Source: Turneriella sp. (GTDB lineage Bacteria; Spirochaetota; Leptospiria; Turneriellales; Turneriellaceae). From it: DNA of 64,000 nucleotides. The translations under genes were made by a program, and so were the position numbers. Shown here one piece after another: positions 11,667 to 19,966 of the stretch; position 1 is the first letter of the stretch, and every line of letters starts with the position of its first letter. The stretch lies in NCBI GenBank assembly GCA_965279515.1, contig CBDIID010000003.1, forward strand, positions 544,001-608,000, given 5' to 3'. Below the pieces are notes generated by a model. The model saw nothing but the letters and a program-made list of their open reading frames with translations. It was not told where the DNA came from and made no database searches.

Positions 11667-11769
11667 CCCAAAAATGCTCAGCAAACCGAAAGCCCTAAAT
11701 TTGCCTTCGGCAAATTCCACGGCTAAAGCGCTACGCGGCTTTCGGTTTGCATAGATGAGCATTTTTGGG
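11667..11769. repeat. 103-bp palindromic intergenic element (MITE/REP-like)
   Basis: Arms CCCAAAAATGCTCA (11667-80)/TGAGCATTTTTGGG (11756-69) and GCAAACCGAAAGCC (11681-94)/GGCTTTCGGTTTGC (11737-50). Inner hairpin AATTTGCC-TTC-GGCAAATT. Confidence 0.85.
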
Positions 11770-11776
11770 TCCCATC

Positions 11777-12343
11777 CTATTTCTGCGTCACCCGCTCCAC
11801 ATAAGAAAGATCGCGTAAATCCACCTTAATCATATCGCCTGTTTTCACAAAAAGCGGGGTTTGGATTTTTCCGCCGCCGACAACGGTCACTTCTTTGTAT
11901 GCTGTTGTCGCTGTGTCGCCTTTCATACCGTCTTCGGCATATTCGACTTTAACCACCACGAAGTTGGGAGGGATCACACTGACCGGTTTGTCGTTGTAGA
12001 GTAAAATCTGGAATTCCATACCGTCGTTGATGTAAGCGAGCAGATCCTCAAGATCCTTCTTATCTACATGAATCTGGTCATACGTCTCGCTGTCCATAAA
12101 GACCAGCTGATCGCCGTCGGTAAAATTATAGGTCACATTGCGCTTCTCGAGCTCGACGTCTTCGAGCATCTCGCCCGAACGCCAGGTGCGCTCGACCGTC
12201 GTGCCTTTACTGAGGGACTTGATGCGCACCCGCACAATCGCCGCGCCCTTGCCCGGTTTGTGGTGCTCAAAACTCTGGATGACAACCAGGTCGCCGTCGA
12301 CCTTAAGCGCCATACCGCGCTTCACGTGGTTCGAATTAATCAT
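11777..12343 (-). CDS. efp: Translation elongation factor P
   Basis: HHKPGKG loop with the modifiable Lys, FMDSETYDQ, and KGDTAT...PLFVKTGD...YVER. Confidence 0.97.
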   Translation of the reverse strand: MINSNHVKRGMALKVDGDLVVIQSFEHHKPGKGAAIVRVRIKSLSKGTTVERTWRSGEMLEDVELEKRNVTYNFTDGDQLVFMDSETYDQIHVDKKDLEDLLAYINDGMEFQILLYNDKPVSVIPPNFVVVKVEYAEDGMKGDTATTAYKEVTVVGGGKIQTPLFVKTGDMIKVDLRDLSYVERVTQK

Positions 12344-12401
12344 TAGTTAGTAATAATGCAGCAAACATGGTGAAAAGCTGGTTTTAAGCGCCGGCTGCAA
12401 T

Positions 12402-12434
12402 CGGGGGTTGTTAAGGGGGCCTTGGCCCCCTTAA
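12402..12434 (-). repeat. REP-like GC hairpin
   Basis: Minus strand reads TTAAGGGGGC-CAAG-GCCCCCTTAA-CAACCCCCG. Same architecture as 12848-12873. Confidence 0.6.
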
Positions 12435-12455
12435 GACCTCTCCCCGGTAGGGAGA

Positions 12456-12507
12456 AAATAAAAACCCGTTTACCCCGCTGGATTTTTTTCTTTAGGGGGT
12501 AAACGGG
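12456..12507 (-). terminator. Intrinsic terminator upstream of efp
   Basis: 12-bp stem CCCGTTTACCCC/GGGGTAAACGGG (12496-12507 with 12465-12476), followed by TTTTTATTTT on the minus strand. Confidence 0.75.
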
Positions 12508-12587
12508 CGAGAAGACGCCCAGGCAGATTTTAACCACCCGGGATAAACACCTCCACTGGGGGGAGGTACTCAATATCAGTTTCGGCT
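12456..12587 (-). ncRNA. Candidate ~130-nt structured sRNA or attenuator leader upstream of efp
   Basis: Bounded by a sigma70-like promoter and an intrinsic terminator. Two hairpins have G-U pairs that form only on the minus strand. Confidence 0.55.
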
Positions 12588-12591
12588 GGAA

Positions 12592-12620
12592 ATCCTAGAG
12601 AACTTTACCACCGGCTGCAA
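12592..12620 (-). promoter_or_regulatory. Sigma70-like promoter
   Basis: TTGCAG-N17-TAGGAT on the minus strand, preceded by an A-tract. Confidence 0.55.
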
Positions 12621-12684
12621 TTTTTTATGCGGCCGGGATGCCCAATGTGGTTTACACGGGGTTTCATGCCCCGGGTATGCCCCC

Positions 12685-12843
12685 ATGCGCGAGATCGTCA
12701 AATTGGAATCCACAGCCGGCACCGGCTACTATTATACTGCTACCCGCAACAAAAAGGCGCAAGGCGGAAAGCTCGAAGTCATGAAATATGACCCGAAAGT
12801 GCGCAAGCACGTGAAATTCGTCGAAAAGAAAATTTCTAAGTAA
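12685..12843 (+). CDS. rpmG: 50S ribosomal protein L33, cysteine-free (C-) form
   Basis: 52 aa, below the ORF-track cutoff: [52 protein letters not shown]. Confidence 0.96.
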   Translation: MREIVKLESTAGTGYYYTATRNKKAQGGKLEVMKYDPKVRKHVKFVEKKISK

Positions 12844-12847
12844 GTCA

Positions 12848-12873
12848 TTAGGGGCTGCCGCCCCTAACCCCGC
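12848..12873 (+). repeat. REP-like hairpin, possibly a terminator between convergent rpmG and the OmpA gene
   Basis: TTAGGGGC-TGCC-GCCCCTAA-CCCCGC, a perfect 8-bp stem. Confidence 0.6.
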
Positions 12874-12885
12874 TTTCGCACGCTG

Positions 12886-14421
12886 CTATTTTTTGTCTAT
12901 AGACAGGATGGTCAATTCAACCCGTCTGTTTTGCTTTTTTCCTGCTGTGGTGTTATTCGAAGCCACAGGTTTCGCATCCCCGTAACCCACAGCCTTGATC
13001 CCGTTTCGGGATAACCCTTTATCGATGAGATAGTCCATCACCGCGCGCGCCCGGTTTTTTGACAGCTCCATGTTACTCTTCTGGTCACCGGTGTTATCCG
13101 TGTGCCCGCCGATCTCGATCTTGAGGCCCGGGCGGCTCTGCAGAATTTTCGTCAACCGGTTGAGCTCGGCGTATGATTCCTTTGAAAGCTGGTACGATCC
13201 CTTCTTAAAGAAGAGATTGTTGATGGGCATCTTTGCGCCTTCTTTGAGCTGCATCATCGTTAGCTCCAGCGGGGTGTCTTTGCTGAAACCGTCTTTGAGA
13301 TTGATCGTGGTGCTCTGCGGCAGATAGCCGCCCGACTCTGCGTGAATACCGTAAGTTTCGCCCAGCGGCAAATTCATTTTGAACTCGCCTTCATCCGAAG
13401 TTTCTGTGCGTGCCAGAAGCGCACCATCGCTTAAGCGCTCAAAGACGACACGTGACCTGACAGGCTCGCCTTCTTTATTACGCACCTTGCCATAGACAAT
13501 GACCGATTTCTCCGGCCGCAGCTCTTCAGGCAGGGAAATCTGGTAGAGATCCTTGCCCTTGCCCGGCGTATCTGATGAGAAGATTGCATAGTCGCCGGTC
13601 GGAGCGATCACGTAGTTAATGTCATTGCCGGTGGTGTTGATCTTGGGCCCGAGGTTGATAGGGTCAGTCCAATGCGTCCAGGTGTTATCCTGGCGGCGCG
13701 ACATGTACATATCGAACTGGCCGACACCATTGGGACGGTTCGAGGCGAAATAGAGCGTCTTGTTGTCGGCGGCAAGAAACGGTGTGACTTCCATAAAGGC
13801 AGAATTGATTTCATTGCCGAGATTCAACGGCTCAGACCAGGAATCATCGGGCTGCAAAAAACTGACATAGAGATCCATCTTACCGACGGTGTCCTTGCGC
13901 TGCAGGTTGAGAATCAACGTGCGCTCGTCGGCTGACAGCGAATAATTCACGAGATTCGCCTCGTTATAAAAGTTCACGATGCGCAGCGGTTCGGGAAAAC
14001 TCCACTTGCCTTTCGCAAAGCGTGTTTTCGAGACGCCCGGCGAAACCGTGCCGTCTTTGCTGTAGACATTACCGATGTAGAGCGTTTTGCCATCGGCGGA
14101 TGTGCCAATCGGAAAATCATAGGTCTTGGAATTGAACGCGGCCTTGATATGTTCGGCCTCGGTCCAGGTGCCGTCAGGCCGCTTGCGGCTCACCCAGACA
14201 TCCTGGTCGTCCCGGAGCGCGCTCGCGCCATCGACAATGGTGCTGACGCCGACATTGTCGGGATGTCCCTCGCGGCAGAAATAAATGGTGTTGCCGTCGG
14301 GCGCAAGTACGGGGGCCAGCTCGTCGTAACGCGAGTTGATACCGTTGCCAAGAGAAGTAATTTTGAGTTCGGCAAATAAGCCCGCGGTCAGAACGAGGGA
14401 AGTCCACATCAGGAAGCGCAT
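12886..14421 (-). CDS. OmpA-family protein with PD40 (TolB-like beta-propeller) repeats and a carboxypeptidase-regulatory-like domain
   Basis: Signal peptide; repeats such as PVLAPDGNTIYF and PFLAADNKTLYFASNR; C-terminal GHTDNTG, LSKNRA, GYG and NRRVE. Confidence 0.9.
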   Translation of the reverse strand: MRFLMWTSLVLTAGLFAELKITSLGNGINSRYDELAPVLAPDGNTIYFCREGHPDNVGVSTIVDGASALRDDQDVWVSRKRPDGTWTEAEHIKAAFNSKTYDFPIGTSADGKTLYIGNVYSKDGTVSPGVSKTRFAKGKWSFPEPLRIVNFYNEANLVNYSLSADERTLILNLQRKDTVGKMDLYVSFLQPDDSWSEPLNLGNEINSAFMEVTPFLAADNKTLYFASNRPNGVGQFDMYMSRRQDNTWTHWTDPINLGPKINTTGNDINYVIAPTGDYAIFSSDTPGKGKDLYQISLPEELRPEKSVIVYGKVRNKEGEPVRSRVVFERLSDGALLARTETSDEGEFKMNLPLGETYGIHAESGGYLPQSTTINLKDGFSKDTPLELTMMQLKEGAKMPINNLFFKKGSYQLSKESYAELNRLTKILQSRPGLKIEIGGHTDNTGDQKSNMELSKNRARAVMDYLIDKGLSRNGIKAVGYGDAKPVASNNTTAGKKQNRRVELTILSIDKK

Positions 14422-14538
14422 ACTGTATTATCGGAATTTTGGATCGCGGCGTCTGCCAAAAATTATCACTTATCCGGGCTTGTCTAAAAGGGAAACCTGG
14501 AGAACTTTACAACCTCCGTTCCCTACTGGTTTTGCCGC

Positions 14539-15351
14539 ATGCGCACACGTGTTTTAGCTCTGCTCCTGCTCTCTGGCATCTCAGGATTTTTTTACCTTCA
14601 GGCCCAGCAGAAGGCACCAGCGGTGCCTGCGCCGGCAGCAAAACCCGCAACGGCGACGCCACCAGCTGCAGCTCCGGCTGCGCCCGCAACGGCCGCACCA
14701 GCGACACCCGCTCCCGCCGCTGCGGCCAATACGCTCTCCGAAGCGGGGCGCTGGCACTTTGGTTCAGACCCGACGGTATGGGTGATGATCTTTATTTTTA
14801 ATCTCGCACTGTTCGTGGTATTAGAGCGCATCTATGTGCTGCGCAAAGTCAGGGGCGACGGAGCCGGTCTCGTCACATACATTTCCGAAGCATTGTACCG
14901 CGGCGATGCGGCAGACAAAGTTGCGGCAATAGCGGCGGACAACAAGTACGGCCTTGAAGGCCGGGTCGCCGCAGTTTCACTCAAGGGCTGGGATAAGGGT
15001 GAGCATGCCATGAAGGAATATGCAGAAGCTTCGCTCATCGCCGAACGCCGCAGCCTTGAAAAGCGCCTGGTCATTCTTTCCACACTCGGAAACAACACGC
15101 CCTTTATCGGCCTTTTGGGCACGGTTTTGGGCATCATGAAGGCCTTCCGCGATCTAGCTGAAATGGGCGACTCGGGCCCGGCGGTCGTCATGCGCGGTAT
15201 CTCTGAAGCCCTGATCGCGACGGCCATGGGTCTCGCGGTGGCGATCCCGGTAGTTATCGCCTACAATGCCCTCGCCCGCGCTGTGCAGGATAAATTATCG
15301 CAGGCCGAAGAAGTGGCGACGCTCATCCGGGCAATCCGCCTCAATAAGTAA
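14539..15351 (+). CDS. MotA/TolQ/ExbB proton channel family protein with an N-terminal Pro/Ala-rich linker
   Basis: TPFIGLLGTVLGIM and GISEALIATAMGLAVAIP motifs. Confidence 0.93.
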   Translation: MRTRVLALLLLSGISGFFYLQAQQKAPAVPAPAAKPATATPPAAAPAAPATAAPATPAPAAAANTLSEAGRWHFGSDPTVWVMIFIFNLALFVVLERIYVLRKVRGDGAGLVTYISEALYRGDAADKVAAIAADNKYGLEGRVAAVSLKGWDKGEHAMKEYAEASLIAERRSLEKRLVILSTLGNNTPFIGLLGTVLGIMKAFRDLAEMGDSGPAVVMRGISEALIATAMGLAVAIPVVIAYNALARAVQDKLSQAEEVATLIRAIRLNK

Positions 15352-15770
15352 TGGCAGCCTCGAATAAAAACGGTTCAGGCCCGATCAGTGACATCAATGT
15401 CACGCCGCTCGTCGACATCATGCTGGTGCTCGTCATCATTCTCATGGTGACTGCGGAATTCACACGCTACAAAACGATTCCGGTGAGCCTGCCCAAGGTC
15501 AATGCCGCGGCGGTGAAAACCGAGCCACACCGCGTGACAGTCACCATCAAAAAAACCGGCGACCTTTTTATCCAGGATAAACCCGCCGCCAGCCTCAACG
15601 ATGTTTTCGATCAGATTAAGGCGGCAAAAGAGACCTATCCCGATCTCGCCGTAATCCTCCGCGCCGAAGGCGACCATCCTTACCGCAAGGTTTTGACGGT
15701 GCTCGATAAGATCAAAGCCGCCGGTGCGTCGAAGGTTGGCCTCGCGGTCGAAGCCGACAAAACATATTGA
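15351..15770 (+). CDS. ExbD/TolR biopolymer transport protein
   Basis: INVTPLVDIMLVLVIILMV with the essential Asp; TAATG overlap with the upstream gene. Confidence 0.93.
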   Translation: MAASNKNGSGPISDINVTPLVDIMLVLVIILMVTAEFTRYKTIPVSLPKVNAAAVKTEPHRVTVTIKKTGDLFIQDKPAASLNDVFDQIKAAKETYPDLAVILRAEGDHPYRKVLTVLDKIKAAGASKVGLAVEADKTY

Positions 15771-15804
15771 CGGCGACGGGCCGCAATCCCGTAGCATAAC
15801 CTTT

Positions 15805-17070
15805 GTGATCGACCCGTCTTGGCAGCCCGGGCACTCCGGGGCAAATCTGTTTTTGCGCCGCCGCCAGGCAGCGTCATGGATCGATAACCTGCAGGCCAAA
15901 GTGGGATTTTCCCTGTTACTTCTGGTCTTCCTTGCTATCCCGGCCTTTCTGCTGATGGTGCAGAACAAATACCTGGTAATCTATTACCTGGTCTATCCCG
16001 CTGCGGCATCCTTGGGCCTCTACCTGCGCTACCGCGGCCAGGAATATCTCGGCAGCGTGATCACTGTGCTGAGTGTCTATGCTGTTGTAGTCTGGATGGC
16101 ATCCCTTATCGGCTTCAGCCAGGTGGAAATACTCAACTGGTGGATTCTCGCACTCTTGCCATGGGTTATGTTTACCGAAAAGCAGCGCGTTGGGCTCTGG
16201 ATTACCTCGGCCTTGCCGCTGGTCTTTTCGTTTTTCGTACCGCTGATGCCTGCCCCGGAAAGTCCGCTACTTCCCGCAGAACAGGATTTTATCCGGCAGA
16301 TCTTGCGTATTTCCGTGGCGCTGGGCGCCTTCAGTTGCATTTATTTCCTGCGCCAGTATTATTTCGACAGCGAAAGGTTGCGCATCCTGGAAAATGAATT
16401 CCATTCCAATACGCTCAATGCCATACCGCTGCCCATCATCATCAAGGACGGGATCACGCTCGATTACATATTCTTCAACCAGGCCGCCCAGCTCACCTAC
16501 GACCTCAACCCCAAGACACACAATAGCAATACAACGACCTTTTCTGAATCCTGTGCCGCGACCGTTTCAAGGCTCGACCAGGAGGTCCTGCGCAGCGTCA
16601 CTTACCATATCGAGCCCGATGAAAATCTCGTACACCAGACAGGGCTCCACTGGCATTTCCGCACCTACCGCATTCCCCTGGAGCTGAAAAGCAGCGGCCG
16701 TCGCCTGCTCGTGACAGTCAGTGAAGACTTGCGGGCCCTCAACCTCGTCATGCGCAAGGCACAGGAGAATAAAGAAATGATCGGACAGGTGTTCCACCTG
16801 CTTTCACCGCTCTTTATCCACTTTGCCTCAGGAATTGAGAAGGTGACGATTGCGAATCCCACCGAATGGCTCGTTCCATGGCAGGGCCTCGAGCTTGAAA
16901 TCATTAACTATCTCGAATATTACCTGCCTCGCCACCCGGTTTCCGGCGGCGAGACCAGGGGCGCGCACCGCTTTCCCCTCGCCGGGCGCAGCTTCGATCT
17001 TTATTGCGGCCAGCTGCCCCATAGCAGCGATGTATTCGGGCTCGTGATACCAGCACGCGATAATTCTTGA
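15805..17070 (+). CDS. Multi-pass membrane protein with a PAS-like domain and no recognisable output domain
   Basis: About six TM helices, then LNAIPLPIIIKD...FFNQAA...TVSED (PAS/PAC-like). The GTG start is uncertain. Confidence 0.65.
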   Translation: MIDPSWQPGHSGANLFLRRRQAASWIDNLQAKVGFSLLLLVFLAIPAFLLMVQNKYLVIYYLVYPAAASLGLYLRYRGQEYLGSVITVLSVYAVVVWMASLIGFSQVEILNWWILALLPWVMFTEKQRVGLWITSALPLVFSFFVPLMPAPESPLLPAEQDFIRQILRISVALGAFSCIYFLRQYYFDSERLRILENEFHSNTLNAIPLPIIIKDGITLDYIFFNQAAQLTYDLNPKTHNSNTTTFSESCAATVSRLDQEVLRSVTYHIEPDENLVHQTGLHWHFRTYRIPLELKSSGRRLLVTVSEDLRALNLVMRKAQENKEMIGQVFHLLSPLFIHFASGIEKVTIANPTEWLVPWQGLELEIINYLEYYLPRHPVSGGETRGAHRFPLAGRSFDLYCGQLPHSSDVFGLVIPARDNS

Positions 17071-17612
17071 CACAGCTTCTTCGTCAGGGGGTCGTCCCCC
17101 CTATGTTAGACGTCGGCGAAGAAATCCGCATCCAGAAGAATTCAGGCCCCACCAGTATCTTCCTGCACATTCCGTATCTCAACTATGTTTTCTTTTTCTT
17201 CCAGAGCCGCGGAGCCTACAACATCATCAAAAACCTCTACCAGTACAAAAAACAGGTACCGGGTTTTTTTCAATCGGCGTGGCTGACGATTAAATTCTCG
17301 CTCTTCAGCACAATCACCTCGACGGTGCTTTTCAGCCTGCTGCTGGCTTTGGGATATAACCCATTCGGCAAGATCCTGGCGAAATACATCTATTTCCTCG
17401 GCACACTTCTGGGCGGCCTGATTCCTGCGCAGCATCTGGCGGTTCTCTTTGGCGAAGTGCCGGGCAGCCTGTTATTCCCGACATTCAGCCCCGGAACCTT
17501 CATTGCACTCGCCATTCTGACCTTCGGCACCTACTTTATCTTTGGCATGGCGGGCGCCCTGCTCGCCATCTTCAACATCAAGGCGGATATCCGCCGCGCG
17601 CAATTCTATTAA
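17067..17612 (+). CDS. Hypothetical membrane protein
   Basis: Hydrophobic ORF with about three TM segments; TTGA overlap with the upstream gene. Start may be ATG 17103. Confidence 0.6.
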   Translation: MTQLLRQGVVPPMLDVGEEIRIQKNSGPTSIFLHIPYLNYVFFFFQSRGAYNIIKNLYQYKKQVPGFFQSAWLTIKFSLFSTITSTVLFSLLLALGYNPFGKILAKYIYFLGTLLGGLIPAQHLAVLFGEVPGSLLFPTFSPGTFIALAILTFGTYFIFGMAGALLAIFNIKADIRRAQFY

Positions 17613-17625
17613 AATTAAGCTCAAT

Positions 17626-18246
17626 ATGGCCACGACCCTCGACGGGCACGTGGCACACCCCGAAAAGGCGTGGGAGTTCGGCTCGTCCGAAGACCGGCGG
17701 CGCATGGACAGGTTGCGCGAATGGGCCGATTGCCTCATTGTCTCACGTAAAACTCTCGAACACGACAATATGAACCTCACGGTACGCACAAAGCCGCATG
17801 CGAAAAAACACCCGCGGCCCGTGATTGTCATGCAATCGGCACGACCGATGAAGCCCGGTCTGCGTATCGTGAAGAACGCTCACCTCGAGGGCGAGGTATG
17901 GATTTCCTCTGGCGCAGATGCAAAGATCGAAACCCTGTGGCCCGACCTTGGCCAACCGTGGAAAATCCACATGTATTCCGAAGTTCAGGATATCGTCACC
18001 TCGCTCGCCGGGCGGGGTTATAAAAAGATCCTGCTCGAGGGCGGCCCGACACTCAACGGCGTGTTTTTCGCTGCGGGGCTGGTGGACGAATTTTTCCTGA
18101 CGCTGCTGCCGATGTTATGGGCAGGAACAACAACCGACCGCACGGTGATAACCCCAACCCCGCTGCCGCTCCACCACTTTCGCCTGAAAAGCGCCGAAAA
18201 ACGCAAAGATGAAATGTTTCTGCACTATACTAAGCGCTTAAAATAG
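17626..18246 (+). CDS. RibD C-terminal / dihydrofolate reductase-like protein
   Basis: MATTLDG and ILLEGGPTLNGVFFAAGLVDE. The true start is probably a few codons upstream. Confidence 0.88.
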   Translation: MATTLDGHVAHPEKAWEFGSSEDRRRMDRLREWADCLIVSRKTLEHDNMNLTVRTKPHAKKHPRPVIVMQSARPMKPGLRIVKNAHLEGEVWISSGADAKIETLWPDLGQPWKIHMYSEVQDIVTSLAGRGYKKILLEGGPTLNGVFFAAGLVDEFFLTLLPMLWAGTTTDRTVITPTPLPLHHFRLKSAEKRKDEMFLHYTKRLK

Positions 18247-19958
18247 GCAAATACCTCTTTTTCATCGATGCGCACTACAGTCGGCCTGCCATGCGGGCAG
18301 CGCAAGGGATTGCGGCAGAGTTTGAGCTTTTCAATCAGCTCACGAAAATCTGTGAGCGATGCGGTCTCACCCTTACGGATAGCATGCCGGCAGGAAAGAT
18401 CTTTGGCAAGTTGGTCGAACAGGTCGCCCGCCTCTGCGGTATCAGAACCTTCGATGACGGCGAGTGCGGTTTCGAAGGCGGCGGCCTCTTCACCCGCTTC
18501 GATATAACCCGGCACACCCTGCAGCGCATAACCTGCCGGCCCCAGATCTTCGAGTTCGAAACCCAGAATGCGCAGCGCAGCGGTTGAGGCCTCGAGGCGG
18601 CTGCGGTTAAAAATGGCCGTGTCAACCGCTACGGGCGCAACGAGGTGCTGTGTGATATCCTTCTTCGCCGCTAAAAGATCCTGAAAGCGCTCGTAGTTGA
18701 TGCGCTCATGCGCGGTGTGCTGGTCGATAAGGTAGAGCCCGTCGGGGCCGGTCGCCACGATAAAGGTGTTAAAGAGCCGCGTATGCAGTGTCAGATTTTC
18801 AGGAAACAAGACCGGGGCCGTCTGGTCCGTCTGAAAGGCCACGGTGGCCCCCAGTGAGAAAAGGCTGGCTTGGGGTGCATCGACGCCCTGTGGCGCCGCT
18901 GTTGCCCCCGCAAGGCGGTTGGGGATGCTTTCAGCGCCGGGCATGCGCACCATATGCGCCGCGGCAATGCCCCCCTCGGCGGAGATCACGCGGGTGAAGG
19001 CCTGGCGCAAAAACCCCTGCACGGCAACTTCATTGCGGAACCGCACCTCGCGCTTCTGCGGATGCACATTGACATCGACGTCTGCCTGCGCTACGGAGAG
19101 AAAGAGCGCTGCAAAGGGAAAACGCCCCTTCGGCATGAGTTCGCCGTAAGCGTTGCGCAGCAGCATCGTCAGAGGTCTATACGCCACGGGACGCTGGTTC
19201 ACCCACAGGCGCATGTCGCCCGCGTGGCTGCGGTAGAAGTAGAATTTCGATACATAACCTTCGAGCGTGAGGCCATCCGCCTGGTAGAATACCGGTATCA
19301 GGTCGCCGCCGATCTTTTCACCCCAGATATCGCCGAGGCGACCCAGTAAATTCTGACGCACCGGCAGAAACACGGGGTCGTCTTCACCCAACCGGTAACG
19401 GAACGCAATCTGCGGATGCGCCACCGTGAGCGAGGTCAGCGTATCTGCGATCTGCCGGCGTATCTTGATGGCATTTTTGTAATAATCGCGCCGCACGGGC
19501 ACATTGTAAAAGAGATCTTTCACCTGCACGCGCGTGCCGGCTTCGATGGCCGATGCCTCGACGGTTTTACCGTGCTCATCGACCTGAATCGCCGCGCCGA
19601 CCGGGGCAGCTTTTTGCCGGGATTCGAGTCTCAGCCGGCTGACAGAGGCAATCGAGCCGAGCGCCTCACCGCGGAAGCCCATGGTGCGCGCAGCGATGAG
19701 TTCATCGAGCGAGGCTATTTTACTGGTGGCAAAACTTTCGACTGCCAGCGGCAAATCGTCGGCATGGATGCCGCCGCCATTGTCGCGCACCTGGATCTCT
19801 GTGAAGCCATCGCCGTCGACCTGAATGTCAATCTCTGACGCGCTCGCATCGAGGGCATTTTCGACGAGTTCTTTGATTATTGCCGCAGGAGATTCGATGA
19901 CCTCGCCCGCCGCAATCTGCGCTATCAGTGTATCATCAAGTTTTTGGATGCGTCTCAT
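18225..19958 (-). CDS. mutL: DNA mismatch repair endonuclease MutL
   Basis: IAAGEVI, KELVENALDA, GFRGEAL and VDVNVHPQK; endonuclease motifs DQHTAHER, SCR and CPHGRP. Confidence 0.97.
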   Translation of the reverse strand: MRRIQKLDDTLIAQIAAGEVIESPAAIIKELVENALDASASEIDIQVDGDGFTEIQVRDNGGGIHADDLPLAVESFATSKIASLDELIAARTMGFRGEALGSIASVSRLRLESRQKAAPVGAAIQVDEHGKTVEASAIEAGTRVQVKDLFYNVPVRRDYYKNAIKIRRQIADTLTSLTVAHPQIAFRYRLGEDDPVFLPVRQNLLGRLGDIWGEKIGGDLIPVFYQADGLTLEGYVSKFYFYRSHAGDMRLWVNQRPVAYRPLTMLLRNAYGELMPKGRFPFAALFLSVAQADVDVNVHPQKREVRFRNEVAVQGFLRQAFTRVISAEGGIAAAHMVRMPGAESIPNRLAGATAAPQGVDAPQASLFSLGATVAFQTDQTAPVLFPENLTLHTRLFNTFIVATGPDGLYLIDQHTAHERINYERFQDLLAAKKDITQHLVAPVAVDTAIFNRSRLEASTAALRILGFELEDLGPAGYALQGVPGYIEAGEEAAAFETALAVIEGSDTAEAGDLFDQLAKDLSCRHAIRKGETASLTDFRELIEKLKLCRNPLRCPHGRPTVVRIDEKEVFAYFKRLV

Positions 19959-19966
19959 GAGGGTAT

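Noticed and set aside
12490..12570. Polyproline leader peptide (VPPPSGG...) upstream of efp, suggesting EF-P autoregulation
   Set aside because: The PPP frame is preceded directly by TGA and has no start codon. The LPPV frame has only an ATT with no SD. The TTG uORF has no PP motif.
12456..12587. Identification of the candidate RNA as 6S, SRP, tRNA or tmRNA
   Set aside because: It has no SRP helix-8 motif, no cloverleaf or T-loop, and no long closing rod with a central bubble.
12650..12678. SigB/SigF-type promoter GTTT...GGGTAT before rpmG
   Set aside because: The spacing (19 or 8 nt) is outside the usual range, and no such sigma factor is evident in the window.
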